A DNA stretch of 64,000 bases from an uncultured Candidatus Saccharibacteria bacterium (GCA_964602665.1 CAZRRH010000002.1:62171-126170), one strand, 5' to 3'; positions 30,027-39,443 are shown, counted from the stretch's first letter. A program made the numbers and translations. The notes: generated from the sequence alone by a model not told the origin.

Positions 30027-30659
30027 ATGAAAAAGCTTTTACCGTATATAATAATACTGACATCTTTTGTCCTCTCGTTATTTTCTTTGAGCAATTATCC
30101 TTATAAATATGCTGTACATTGGGGAATAACCGGAGAAGCTGATGGATTCGCAACAAATCGATTTGGGCTGTTTTTCATTCCAATAATGCTTCTTGTATTG
30201 CAGGTATTTCTTGTCCTTGTGCCCAAAATTGACCCAAAAAAGAAAAACATCGAAAAGTTTAGTGGCGCATATGAACGATTTATACTGTCTTTTCATCTTT
30301 TGTTCCTTTATTTACAGATAATTATGTTTGTGTGGAATGTAATTTCTGAATTTAACTTTACACAGGTTACTGGCTTAGGTATGGGTCTGTTTTTTATCAG
30401 CATAAGCGATCTTATAAAACATGCAAAATCAAATTACACAATAGGCATTCGCACTCCGTGGACATTGGTAAATGAGCAGATCTGGGATAAAACTCATCAA
30501 CTAGGTGCTAAACTAATTAAGTATATCTCAATAATTGCTATTATAACATTGCCTTTTGCTAAATATTCATTCTTTATTCTTATCGGAGGGGTTTTATTGT
30601 CATTTCTTTTTCTGACATTTTATTCATTCTATTTATTTAAAAAGGATGTTAAGAAATAG
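30027..30659 (+). CDS. SdpI/DUF1648-family membrane protein
   Basis: VHWGITGEADG, KIDPKKKN, NYTIGIRTPWTL..EQIWDKTH. Confidence 0.92.
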   Translation: MKKLLPYIIILTSFVLSLFSLSNYPYKYAVHWGITGEADGFATNRFGLFFIPIMLLVLQVFLVLVPKIDPKKKNIEKFSGAYERFILSFHLLFLYLQIIMFVWNVISEFNFTQVTGLGMGLFFISISDLIKHAKSNYTIGIRTPWTLVNEQIWDKTHQLGAKLIKYISIIAIITLPFAKYSFFILIGGVLLSFLFLTFYSFYLFKKDVKK

Positions 30660-30663
30660 TTTC

Positions 30664-31143
30664 ATGAATAAGCAAGAAATAAGAGATAAGGTAAAAAAAA
30701 TCAAAATAAGCGATAAAGATAGTAGATCAGCACAGATTAGAGCAGAAATAGTCAAAATAATCGCAAATAGAAATTCTCGAAAAGTATTTATTTATCAAGA
30801 ACTCTCTGATGAAATCGCAGTTTACGAAATTGTTAAATTACTGTCTAATATTTCATTTTATATTCCGATTTTTACATCTAAATGGCAAATAATTTCCAAT
30901 GATAGTAAAGAGCTTTTTGATAATGTAAATGATGCAGGATTTGATAAAAACGATATTTGTATTGTTCCCGGGCGAGCTTTTACTATTAGTGGTTGTAGGG
31001 TAGGCAGGGGTGGGGGATACTATGACAGATACCTTGTCGACTCTATTTGTTATAAAATCGGTGTTTGTTTTAGGGAGCAGATTTTTGAAGAATTGCCTTT
31101 TGAGAAACACGACATTACAATGGATATTGTTTTGGCTGCTTAA
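30664..31143 (+). CDS. 5-formyltetrahydrofolate cyclo-ligase
   Basis: IVPGRAF..GCRVGRGGGYYDRYL, PFEKHDITMD; alternative start at 30646. Confidence 0.92.
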   Translation: MNKQEIRDKVKKIKISDKDSRSAQIRAEIVKIIANRNSRKVFIYQELSDEIAVYEIVKLLSNISFYIPIFTSKWQIISNDSKELFDNVNDAGFDKNDICIVPGRAFTISGCRVGRGGGYYDRYLVDSICYKIGVCFREQIFEELPFEKHDITMDIVLAA

Positions 31144-32010
31144 TTATACCGATAAATCTTTTAAGATATATTTGAACATGCGGACAATTGGATCCATACC
31201 AAAAGATCCTGCACCAATACCCATTCCAGGAGAATTGTTTATCTCGATTATGAAGAACTCTCCATTTTCATCTATAGCAATATCAAGCCCAACAAAATTT
31301 ATTGGGATGGCGTTAAATACCCCTTGAGAAAAAGCCTCTAATTTCTCCAGTATATTTGCATCTTGCACAAGAACACCTTTTGCGTTCTCCCAGTGCAAAG
31401 GACTTAAGTTGCCGACAAAAATTGCATCGTCAATGTTCTTTTCATAAGCAAACATAAGCTTTCTTTTATAAGCTATTACTCTGTATTCCTTTTTGATTTT
31501 AATGTATTCTTGTGCGATAGCAATATAATCAAAAGCACCAAATTTGCGTGATCTACTAAATATCCTTCTTAATGCTGAAAGAATATCTGCTCTGTTATTG
31601 CATAAGTATACATTATGTCCTTGCGAGCCAAAATTTCTTTTTAAAACGATTGGATATTTAAAGTTTTTTTCGATATCGTTGGCAATGGTTTTTCTTGTTG
31701 GGAACTCCAATAGTGGTAAGTATTTTTCGTTTAAATTAGGTGCGAGATAGCTTTTCCACTTAGGTACTTTTATATGTGGTGCTAAAACAGTGTATGAAAG
31801 GTCTTTGTCTTTGCATATTTTTACAATATCTTCTCTGTTAAATGCTTTGTAATGATGTGTAAAGAAAAGATTTGTTTTATTGGGAAGGGTTACTTTGACA
31901 AGAATTTGATGCTTATGAATAATCTCATACTGAATATTTAGCTCTTTGCAAGCCTTTATTAGAGCTAGTTGCGATATCTTTAATCCGGTTCTTGCATCGT
32001 TTTGTTCCAT
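31144..32010 (-). CDS. RimK-like ATP-grasp ligase
   Basis: KDK, YPIVLKRNFGSQGHNV, IAQEYI..KEYRV, GLDI, IIEINNSPG. Confidence 0.85.
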   Translation of the reverse strand: MEQNDARTGLKISQLALIKACKELNIQYEIIHKHQILVKVTLPNKTNLFFTHHYKAFNREDIVKICKDKDLSYTVLAPHIKVPKWKSYLAPNLNEKYLPLLEFPTRKTIANDIEKNFKYPIVLKRNFGSQGHNVYLCNNRADILSALRRIFSRSRKFGAFDYIAIAQEYIKIKKEYRVIAYKRKLMFAYEKNIDDAIFVGNLSPLHWENAKGVLVQDANILEKLEAFSQGVFNAIPINFVGLDIAIDENGEFFIIEINNSPGMGIGAGSFGMDPIVRMFKYILKDLSV

Positions 32011-32102
32011 TATATAATTATACTATAAAACAGCTGATTTTACAAGAGTTCCACTGCATAAGGGTCACCAATAATTCATAATAATAAAGGCAAATTAATT
32101 TT

Positions 32103-33806
32103 CTACGACAACCCGACAATATTACCATCTTCATCTATGTCTATAATTTGCGCATTTGGATGAGAGGATAACCCGGGCATAAGGCGCATTTTGCCAAGCA
32201 TTGCGACTATAAAGCCGGCTCCTGCAGAGACTTTTACTTCTCTTACAGTTATATCAAAGTTTGTTGGTCTGCCGACTTTAGTTGGATCATCAGATAAAGA
32301 AAGATGAGTTTTGGCCATGCAGATTGGAAGTTTATCCATACCATTTTGCTCTATTAATTTGATCGATTTATCAGCTTCTTCGGTATATTTTACGTTATTT
32401 GCACCGTAAATATTCTGCGCAATTTTGCTTATTTTATCTTTAATGCCTTCTTTTTCATCATACAGAAGTTTAAAATTCTTATCACCTTTTTCTATTACTT
32501 GTACGACAGCGGTTGCTAGATCAATTCCGCCATCAGCTCCTTTGGCAAAAACTTCGCTTATTACGCTTTGATCAGCCCCAAGTTCACTTGCGCGATTCTT
32601 TACATACTCGACCTCTTTATCTGTGTCTGTTGGAAATCTGTTTATCGCAACAATTACAGGTACACCAAATAACTTAGCGTTTTCAATCTGTTTAGCGAGA
32701 TTTCCGATTCCTTGCTCGATACTCTCAATATCTTCTTGTATAAGTTTTTTGGGCAATTTTTTGCCTGGTTTAATATCGAATTTACCGCTGTGGTACTTAA
32801 GTGCTCTTACTGTTGCGACTATTATTACAGCATCAGGCGTTAGTCCGCTATATCTGCATTTTATATTCATAAATTTCTCCATACCAATATCAGCACCAAA
32901 ACCAGCTTCTGTGATAAGATAATCTGCCATCTTAATTCCGATAAGATCTGCTATTATCGAGCTGTTACCGTGTGCGATATTTGCAAATGGTCCGGCATGT
33001 ATAATTGCTGGTGTATTATCTAGTGTTTGCACGAGATTTGGTTTTATCGCGTCTTTCATTATTACCGCCACACTTCCCGCAACTTTTAGATCTCCTATTG
33101 TGACAGGTTTACCGTCTGTATTGTATGCAACTACAGTTCTTGCAACTCGAGCTTTTAGATCTTGCAAATCATTAGCAAGTGCAAGTATTGCCATTATCTC
33201 TGAAGCTACGGTTATGTCAAACCTTGTCTCTCGTTCTATACCAAACTCTTTTGGGTCTTTATTATCACCAATGCGGACTTTGCGAAGTGCCCTGTCGCTT
33301 ACATCAAGGACTCTTGGCCATATAATTTTATCAGGATCTATTTTGAGTTTATTTCCTTTAAGAAGATGGTTGTCTATTATTGCTGCAACAAGGTTATGTG
33401 ATGCAGTGATTGCGTGTATATCGCCAGTGAAATTTAGATTAAACTCCTCCATTGGAATAACTTGTGCGTATCCACCACCTGCTGCACCACCTTTTATGCC
33501 AAATGTCGGGCCCATTGATGGCTGTCTTATTGCTATCACGCTGTTTTTACCAATTTTGTGCATAGCCTGTCCAAGTCCAACTGTGGTTGTTGTTTTGCCC
33601 TCACCAAGTGGAGTGGGCGTTATTGCTGACACAACAATGTATTTGGCGTTTGGGCGATTTTGCAATCTCTTGCGTACTGATAAATCGATTTTGGCTATAT
33701 ATTTGCCGTACTGATCGTACTCATCAGGATTAAGACCTAGCTTTTTTGCTATGTCTGTTATTGGGAGTTTTTTTGCTTCCCGTGCAATTTCCAAATCAGT
33801 TTTCAT
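32103..33806 (-). CDS. fhs: Formate--tetrahydrofolate ligase
   Basis: TPTPLGEGKTTT, GIKGGAAGGGYAQV, HAGPFANIAHG, TEAGFGAD, CMAKTHLS; likely ATG at 33806. Confidence 0.97.
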   Translation of the reverse strand: MKTDLEIAREAKKLPITDIAKKLGLNPDEYDQYGKYIAKIDLSVRKRLQNRPNAKYIVVSAITPTPLGEGKTTTTVGLGQAMHKIGKNSVIAIRQPSMGPTFGIKGGAAGGGYAQVIPMEEFNLNFTGDIHAITASHNLVAAIIDNHLLKGNKLKIDPDKIIWPRVLDVSDRALRKVRIGDNKDPKEFGIERETRFDITVASEIMAILALANDLQDLKARVARTVVAYNTDGKPVTIGDLKVAGSVAVIMKDAIKPNLVQTLDNTPAIIHAGPFANIAHGNSSIIADLIGIKMADYLITEAGFGADIGMEKFMNIKCRYSGLTPDAVIIVATVRALKYHSGKFDIKPGKKLPKKLIQEDIESIEQGIGNLAKQIENAKLFGVPVIVAINRFPTDTDKEVEYVKNRASELGADQSVISEVFAKGADGGIDLATAVVQVIEKGDKNFKLLYDEKEGIKDKISKIAQNIYGANNVKYTEEADKSIKLIEQNGMDKLPICMAKTHLSLSDDPTKVGRPTNFDITVREVKVSAGAGFIVAMLGKMRLMPGLSSHPNAQIIDIDEDGNIVGLS

Positions 33807-33825
33807 CACTTTTCTTAAGATTATT

Positions 33826-35070
33826 TTAATTATTAATTCCCGGTATTTCAAATTTGCTCATATAGGAGGCTACTTTAGCTCTTAATTTGCTCAAATAAGA
33901 CTCATCTTTTCTATTTTTTAGTGCTTTGTCAATTGAGTCAGCGACAAACTCCATGTCTTTCTCAACTAAACCTCTTGTGGTTATTGCTGGAGTACCTATT
34001 CGGACGCCTGATGGATCCCAAGGCTTGCGAGGATCGTTTGGTATACCGTTTTTATTTAGTGTAATATTTGCAAGCTCCAAAGTATCGCTAGCGATTTTGC
34101 CTGTGAGACCATTTTGTGTTGTCACATCGACAAGCATAAGGTGGTTATCTGTTCCGCCTGATATAATTCGATAGCCCTTGTCCATAAGTAACTTTGATAA
34201 ATAAGCTGCATTAGCAATAATCTGCTTAGCATATGCTTTGAAATCATCCTGGCTTGCTTCTTCTAACGCAACGGCAATTCCTGCAGTAGTGTGATTATGT
34301 GGTCCACCTTGCAATCCTGGGAATACAGCTCCGTCAATCTTCTCGGCAAACTCTTTTTTGCACATAATCATCGCGCCTCTTGGTCCTCTTAGCGTCTTAT
34401 GTGTAGTAGTAGTAACGACATCAGCGTATGGGAATGGATTTGGATGGACTCCTCCTGCGATTAATCCTGCTATGTGAGCTATATCTGCAACGAGAATTGC
34501 TCCGACTTCATCGGCTATCTCTTTAAATTTCGCAAAATCTATTATGCGTGGATAAGCTGACCCTCCTGCCCATATAAGTTTAGGCTGGTGCTTTTTTGCG
34601 ATATCTCTAACTTCATCGTAATCTATATAGCCGTTTTTGTCTACACCGTAAGATGCAGAATTAAAATATTTACCAGTAATGCTAACTTTAAAACCGTGTG
34701 TGAGATGGCCACCAGCAGATAATGCCATCCCAAGTGTGCGATCGCCGGCGTCAAGAAATGCAAAATGCACAGCGAGATTTGCGGGAGAACCTGAATATGG
34801 TTGGACATTAGCATGCTCTGCATTAAATAACTTGCAAGCACGCTCTTTTGCAAGATCTTCTATCTCGTCGATAAACTCATTGCCTGCATAATATCTTTTA
34901 CTTGAGTATCCTTCTGAGTATTTGTTTGTTAAAATAGAACCCATTGCCTCAAGTACTGCTGATGAGACATAGTTTTCGGAAGCGATTAACTCGATTCCTT
35001 CTTTTTGGCGTTTAGCCTCGCTTTTTATAGCGTTGTAGACCTTTTGGTCTTGGTTTTGTAAAGTGGACAT
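33826..35070 (-). CDS. glyA: Serine hydroxymethyltransferase
   Basis: ELIASENY, NKYSEGY, GGHLTHG, TTTTHKTLRGPRG. Confidence 0.98.
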   Translation of the reverse strand: MSTLQNQDQKVYNAIKSEAKRQKEGIELIASENYVSSAVLEAMGSILTNKYSEGYSSKRYYAGNEFIDEIEDLAKERACKLFNAEHANVQPYSGSPANLAVHFAFLDAGDRTLGMALSAGGHLTHGFKVSITGKYFNSASYGVDKNGYIDYDEVRDIAKKHQPKLIWAGGSAYPRIIDFAKFKEIADEVGAILVADIAHIAGLIAGGVHPNPFPYADVVTTTTHKTLRGPRGAMIMCKKEFAEKIDGAVFPGLQGGPHNHTTAGIAVALEEASQDDFKAYAKQIIANAAYLSKLLMDKGYRIISGGTDNHLMLVDVTTQNGLTGKIASDTLELANITLNKNGIPNDPRKPWDPSGVRIGTPAITTRGLVEKDMEFVADSIDKALKNRKDESYLSKLRAKVASYMSKFEIPGINN

Positions 35071-35076
35071 AAATAT

Positions 35077-35145
35077 AAATTTTAAATTTTAAATTTTAAA
35101 TGCTAAATTTTAGATTTTAAATTTTAGATTTCAGATTTTAAATTA
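35077..35145. repeat. Degenerate 7-bp tandem array (AAATTTT consensus, ~9-10 units) downstream of four-helix-bundle gene
   Basis: AAATTTT x3, AAATGCT, AAATTTT, AGATTTT, AAATTTT, AGATTTC, AGATTTT, then a partial unit containing the stop codon. Confidence 0.92.
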
Positions 35146-35502
35146 AATAAGTGGTTTTTTCTTTGAACAGCTGATAACAATTTTTGTTAGTATTTTAATT
35201 ATTTCTTCAATATCTATAAGTAAATTAGAGCATTCTGCATCAACTAAGTTACTTTCTTTAAGCAAATTTAGCCAGTATCTTGTCTCTCTTGCTTCTTTTG
35301 ATGCGATTGACATCTTATGTGTAAAGTCCTTTTTACTTTGTCCTGCAAGAGCCTCTTCAATATTTGCGCCAATGCTCGTACCGCTTCTAAGTAATTGCTT
35401 AGATAGAATATATTCTTTTTCTGCTATTAAAATTTTATAAAATTTAATTATGTTTAAGCTAAAAACAAACGCCTTCTTTTGAATTATATTTTCTGTTTTC
35501 AA
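35143..35502 (-). CDS. Four helix bundle protein (23S rRNA-IVS / Avd-like family)
   Basis: LSKQLLRSGTSIGANIEEA...SKKDFTHKMSIASKEARETRYWL; TTG start. Confidence 0.93.
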   Translation of the reverse strand: MKTENIIQKKAFVFSLNIIKFYKILIAEKEYILSKQLLRSGTSIGANIEEALAGQSKKDFTHKMSIASKEARETRYWLNLLKESNLVDAECSNLLIDIEEIIKILTKIVISCSKKKPLI

Positions 35503-35505
35503 TAC

Positions 35506-35680
35506 AAATTTTAAACTCTAAATTTAGAAGTTTCATTTTATTTTACCTCTCTAATGATTAAAAAATCCTGAATTATAAATGATAATACTCAATTCAAAAT
35601 TCAAAATTTAGAATTTAAAATTACAAATTGTAAATCCTTTGCCTTTAATTCAAAATTTAAACTTTAGAATTTAAAATTGT
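35506..35680. repeat. Degenerate 7-bp arrays upstream of four-helix-bundle gene, in two orientations
   Basis: 35506-35533 is AAATTTT-type. 35591-35639 and 35647-35680 are the reverse-complement type (AATTCAA AATTCAA AATTTAG AATTTAA...) and overlap the wzt stop. Confidence 0.88.
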
Positions 35681-36442
35681 TCTGTATTTCTTCACCACCT
35701 CTTTTGGTGTACCATCTATTGCAACTTGTCCTTCATTGATAAGAATTGCTCTAGTGCAGAATTTCTCGACTAGCTCTAAATCATGAGATACAAAAATTAC
35801 CGTTTTATCTTTTTTGCGGAAACTCTCAAATTCATTAAAACACTTCTTCTGAAAATTGGCGTCACCAACTGCTAATACCTCGTCCATTATGTAAATATCG
35901 GCGTATGAGCGGATAGCGATTGAGAAAGCGAGTCTGACCTGCATACCTGAGGAGAAATTTTTAAGCGGCATATCAAGGAACTCTTCAAGCTCCGAGAATG
36001 CGACGATACTGTTAAATTTATCCTCAACCTCTTTGCGCGACATGCCAAGTATTACACCATTTAGATAGATATTGTCACGAGCTGTTAATTCTGGGTTAAA
36101 GCCAACACCAAGCTCCAGAAAAGGCACCAAAATACCTCTTACTTTGATTTTACCTTGGTTTGGCAAGTAAATTCCTGACATTATCTTAAGAAGGGTCGAT
36201 TTGCCTGATCCGTTATTTCCAAGTATTCCAACAAATTCGCCTTTTTCGACCTTAAAAGAGACATTTTTTAAAACTTCGAGTTTTCTTTTGCCATCGTTGC
36301 TAATCCATTTGTGCGGTTTTGCGAGTCTTTGGATTAGGGTGTCTGTTTTCTCTGTTGGTATGTTAAAGTGTTTACTTACATCTGACACGATAAGTGAGTA
36401 ATCATGTTCTTGTACGATTTTTTTTTGCTTGGTTTTTGCCAT
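35657..36442 (-). CDS. wzt: Polysaccharide ABC exporter ATPase (Wzt/TagH-like, no C-terminal carbohydrate-binding domain)
   Basis: GNNGSGKST, ELGVGFNPELTARDN, FSSGMQVRLAFS, DEVLAVGD; alternative start at 36463. Confidence 0.92.
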   Translation of the reverse strand: MAKTKQKKIVQEHDYSLIVSDVSKHFNIPTEKTDTLIQRLAKPHKWISNDGKRKLEVLKNVSFKVEKGEFVGILGNNGSGKSTLLKIMSGIYLPNQGKIKVRGILVPFLELGVGFNPELTARDNIYLNGVILGMSRKEVEDKFNSIVAFSELEEFLDMPLKNFSSGMQVRLAFSIAIRSYADIYIMDEVLAVGDANFQKKCFNEFESFRKKDKTVIFVSHDLELVEKFCTRAILINEGQVAIDGTPKEVVKKYRTILNSKV

Positions 36443-36446
36443 ATTT

Positions 36447-37214
36447 TTAAAAAAATTCTGCAATCCTCTTAACTGTGGGTTTAAAATAGTTATATCCCAT
36501 AGATGTAAATAAAAATATTATTGAGAAAAGGAGGAATATCGTTGCGAAATCGTTTATGCTTACTTTATCGGCCTCTAAAAGCCCAGTGCGGAAAGCTTGG
36601 AGGATATGTGTTAGTGGATTAAGTTTAATAATCCTAGCGAGATTGTCTGGAAGCTGATCAACGCTATAAAGAATCGGAGTACCCCAAAACACCATTTGTA
36701 AGCCAAGCTCTACTAGATGATGCAGGTCTTTCATAAGAATATTGCCAAGACTTGTGAAGAAAGAGATAGACAAAATAAGCAGGTATAGTGTAAGTAGAGA
36801 GAATATAACTAATAATAGACCCCAAAAAGAGAGCTTTATTCCTGCTGCTATAGCAAATACTAGAAGTATGCCAAGATTAACAAGAAAATTAATAAGTGCA
36901 ACGGCCGTCGAACTGAATATAACAACCTCTCTTGGGAAGTTGATTTTTAGTATTATGTGAGACTTGTTTTCTAGGCACTTAAGACCAAGAGTTATGCCAT
37001 CATTGAAGTAGTTTGATATCATGATACCAGAAAGTAGGAAGAGGCTATTTTGATCTCGTGTGCGAAATATAGATGTCCAAATAAAATATAGTATAGAGAA
37101 TAATGCTAGGGGTTTAATTACCATCCATAAGAAGCCAAGCGCGGAGTTTTTATATCTATGTTTGAAGTCTGTTTTGACAAATTCATTTAGTAGATCGATA
37201 TAGTTTTTAAACAT
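36447..37214 (-). CDS. wzm: Polysaccharide ABC exporter permease (Wzm/TagG-like)
   Basis: DFKHRYKNSALGFLW, KINFPRE, GTPILYS, LNPLTHI. Confidence 0.92.
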   Translation of the reverse strand: MFKNYIDLLNEFVKTDFKHRYKNSALGFLWMVIKPLALFSILYFIWTSIFRTRDQNSLFLLSGIMISNYFNDGITLGLKCLENKSHIILKINFPREVVIFSSTAVALINFLVNLGILLVFAIAAGIKLSFWGLLLVIFSLLTLYLLILSISFFTSLGNILMKDLHHLVELGLQMVFWGTPILYSVDQLPDNLARIIKLNPLTHILQAFRTGLLEADKVSINDFATIFLLFSIIFLFTSMGYNYFKPTVKRIAEFF

Positions 37215-37285
37215 GGTTTGTATTGTATCATATGATCATGTTTTAGGCAATTATTTTTCTGTTTTTTTGGCTGTTGTTATTATGA

Positions 37286-37320
37286 TGTCAGGTTGACAAA
37301 AATTGTCATAGAGGTATAAT
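37286..37320 (+). promoter_or_regulatory. Consensus sigma70 promoter of galE operon with overlapping palindromic operator candidate
   Basis: TTGACA (37293)-16 bp-TATAAT (37315); TGACA-N5-TGTCA at 37294-37308 and TGTCA at 37286. Confidence 0.7.
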
Positions 37321-37359
37321 CGAGAAGTAAAGTTTTAATTCAAGGTCTGATTTTAGTAT

Positions 37360-38391
37360 ATGAAAAAAGCTGTTTTAATAACTGGAGGTGCAGGATATAT
37401 CGGCTCACATGCGGTAAAGATGATGCTAGATCAAGGGTATAAGGTTATCGTATTTGATAATCTTTTTAGAGGCTATCAAGAAGCTATTGATACGCTTGCA
37501 AAATATTCGAAAGATAAAGGTCGTGGGGAGCTTCTTTTTTTTAAAGGCGACTTGCAAAAAAAGAATGATATTAAGAAAGTTTTAGCAAAGAATAAGGTTG
37601 GTGGGGTAATGCATTTTGCGGCATTGTGCCTTGTCAATGAGTCAATGGAGCAACCTGCTTTGTATTTTGAAAACAATGTTATGGGGACACTTAATCTGCT
37701 TGAGGCAATGAGAGCGTATGATGTTAAGAATATTATTTTTTCGTCGACTTGTGCAATATATGGTGAATCTAAATATTTACCTATGGATGAGAAACACCCT
37801 GTTAGTCCAATGAATCCCTATGGAGAATCAAAATTAATGGCTGAAAATATAATAAGGTGGTATACAAAACTTCATGGATTTAACAGTATAATTTTTAGAT
37901 ATTTTAATGTATGTGGAGCAGACTCTAGTGGGCTTATTGGCGATAGTAAAAAGCCTTCTCAACTTTTGGTACAAAATGCAGTAAGAGGTGCTATGGGGAT
38001 TGAGAAATTTTATCTTACATGTGGCAAGGTTGATACTCCTGATAAGACCCCTATAAGAGACTATATTGATGTGGAGGATCTTGTCAATGCTCATGGGTTG
38101 GCATATAATAAGTTACAAAATTTAAAAAAAGTTGGCATTGAAACTGTCTATAATCTTGGTAATGGCAAGGGCTGGTCGGTGCTTGAAATTGTGAGTGAAG
38201 TCGAGAAGATTTTTAATGTCAAGTTAAATGCACAGATGGGTGAGATTAGGAAGGGTGAGTATGCGATGGTGTATGCGGATACTAAAAAAGTAAAGAATGA
38301 ACTAAATTGGGCTCCAAGGAAAAATTTATCTGACAGTGTAAAAAGTTTGAAGCTATGGTATGCAAATTATAAGAATGGATGGCATAAATAA
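37360..38391 (+). CDS. galE: UDP-glucose 4-epimerase
   Basis: TGGAGYIGSH, HFAA..VNES, FSSTCA, YGESK, RYFN, RDYI. Confidence 0.92.
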   Translation: MKKAVLITGGAGYIGSHAVKMMLDQGYKVIVFDNLFRGYQEAIDTLAKYSKDKGRGELLFFKGDLQKKNDIKKVLAKNKVGGVMHFAALCLVNESMEQPALYFENNVMGTLNLLEAMRAYDVKNIIFSSTCAIYGESKYLPMDEKHPVSPMNPYGESKLMAENIIRWYTKLHGFNSIIFRYFNVCGADSSGLIGDSKKPSQLLVQNAVRGAMGIEKFYLTCGKVDTPDKTPIRDYIDVEDLVNAHGLAYNKLQNLKKVGIETVYNLGNGKGWSVLEIVSEVEKIFNVKLNAQMGEIRKGEYAMVYADTKKVKNELNWAPRKNLSDSVKSLKLWYANYKNGWHK

Positions 38392-38411
38392 AATTAACAT
38401 TTAAAATATAA

Positions 38412-39428
38412 ATGTCTAAAAACAAAAAGAAAAAAGCATTAATAACAGGCATTACAGGTCAAGATGGAGCTTATTTAGCGAAGTTTCTTTTAGCGAAAAA
38501 TTATGAAGTTATTGGTGGCGCGAGAAGAAGTGCTTCTGGAGAATTATGGCGACTTGATAAACTTGGAATAAAAGATAAGGTAAAAATAGTAGATTTTGAA
38601 CTTACAGACTTTAGAAATATGTATGATCTCATAAAAGATTTGCAACCTGACGAATTATATAATCTTGCCGCAATGAGCTTTGTTGGATCATCGTTTAAAG
38701 CCCCAATTTCGACATACATAACTAACGGCTTAAGTGTAGCATATATATGTGATATTATTAGCTCAATTTCGCCTAAAACGAAAATATATCAAGCATCTAC
38801 TTCTGAAATGTTTGGAAAAGTAAGAGAAATTCCACAGAAGGAAACGACACCCTTCTATCCAAGGAGTCCTTATGGTGTTTCAAAACTAAATGCTTATTGG
38901 GCTATTGTAAATTACCGAGAGGCTTATAATGTGTTCGGATGTAATGGGATACTGTTTAATCATGAATCACCGCTTCGTGGTTCAGAGTTTGTTACTAAGA
39001 AAATTGTTGAATATGTTGGAAGATATAAGAAGGGGCTTACCAAGAAGGCGTTAGAGCTTGGCAATATGCATAGTAAAAGAGATTGGGGTTTTGCTGGAGA
39101 TTATATCGAAGGAATGTATCTTATGTTACAGCAACAAAAAGCTGATGATTTTGTACTAGCAACTGGTGAAACACATGAGATCATTGAATTTGTTGAAGAG
39201 GCTTTTAAACTAATAGATGTAAATATCAAGTGGGAGGGAGAAGGAATAAATGAGATTGGTAAAAATGGAAAAGAGTTAATCGTTAAAGTTAATCCTGAAT
39301 TTTTCAGACCGGCAGAAGTTGATTTACTTATTGGAGACTTCTCTAAAGCAAAAAAGAGTTTAGGTTGGGAACCGAAAACAAAATTTAAGGAACTTGTTAA
39401 GTTAATGGTTGATGCGGAATTAAAGTAA
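38412..39428 (+). CDS. gmd: GDP-mannose 4,6-dehydratase
   Basis: GITGQDGAYLA, QASTSEMFG, PRSPYGVSK, NHESPLRG, RPAEVD. Confidence 0.97.
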   Translation: MSKNKKKKALITGITGQDGAYLAKFLLAKNYEVIGGARRSASGELWRLDKLGIKDKVKIVDFELTDFRNMYDLIKDLQPDELYNLAAMSFVGSSFKAPISTYITNGLSVAYICDIISSISPKTKIYQASTSEMFGKVREIPQKETTPFYPRSPYGVSKLNAYWAIVNYREAYNVFGCNGILFNHESPLRGSEFVTKKIVEYVGRYKKGLTKKALELGNMHSKRDWGFAGDYIEGMYLMLQQQKADDFVLATGETHEIIEFVEEAFKLIDVNIKWEGEGINEIGKNGKELIVKVNPEFFRPAEVDLLIGDFSKAKKSLGWEPKTKFKELVKLMVDAELK

Positions 39429-39443
39429 GTAAGGAATTTTTAT

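Noticed and set aside
29730-30156. ORFs 29730..29945 and 29935..30156
   Set aside because: Overlap tRNA-Phe, tRNA-Gly, the structured element and the SdpI-family gene.
29893-30659. Prophage or genomic island integrated at tRNA-Gly
   Set aside because: The att-like repeat is only 120 bp away, no integrase is present, and the SdpI-family gene lies outside the repeats.
33100-33714. 204-aa plus-strand ORF and similar antisense ORFs over clpC, gpmI, the GT-C gene and the flippase
   Set aside because: Antisense shadows of well-supported genes, with no motifs of their own.
35070-35143. ZTP, THF or glycine riboswitch upstream of glyA-fhs
   Set aside because: The intergenic region consists almost entirely of AT-rich heptamer repeats with no aptamer-like sequence.
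35143-35502. Diversity-generating retroelement (Avd-like gene)
   Set aside because: No reverse transcriptase and no template/variable repeat pair with adenine-specific mismatches was seen; the 1-kb repeat shows no mismatches.
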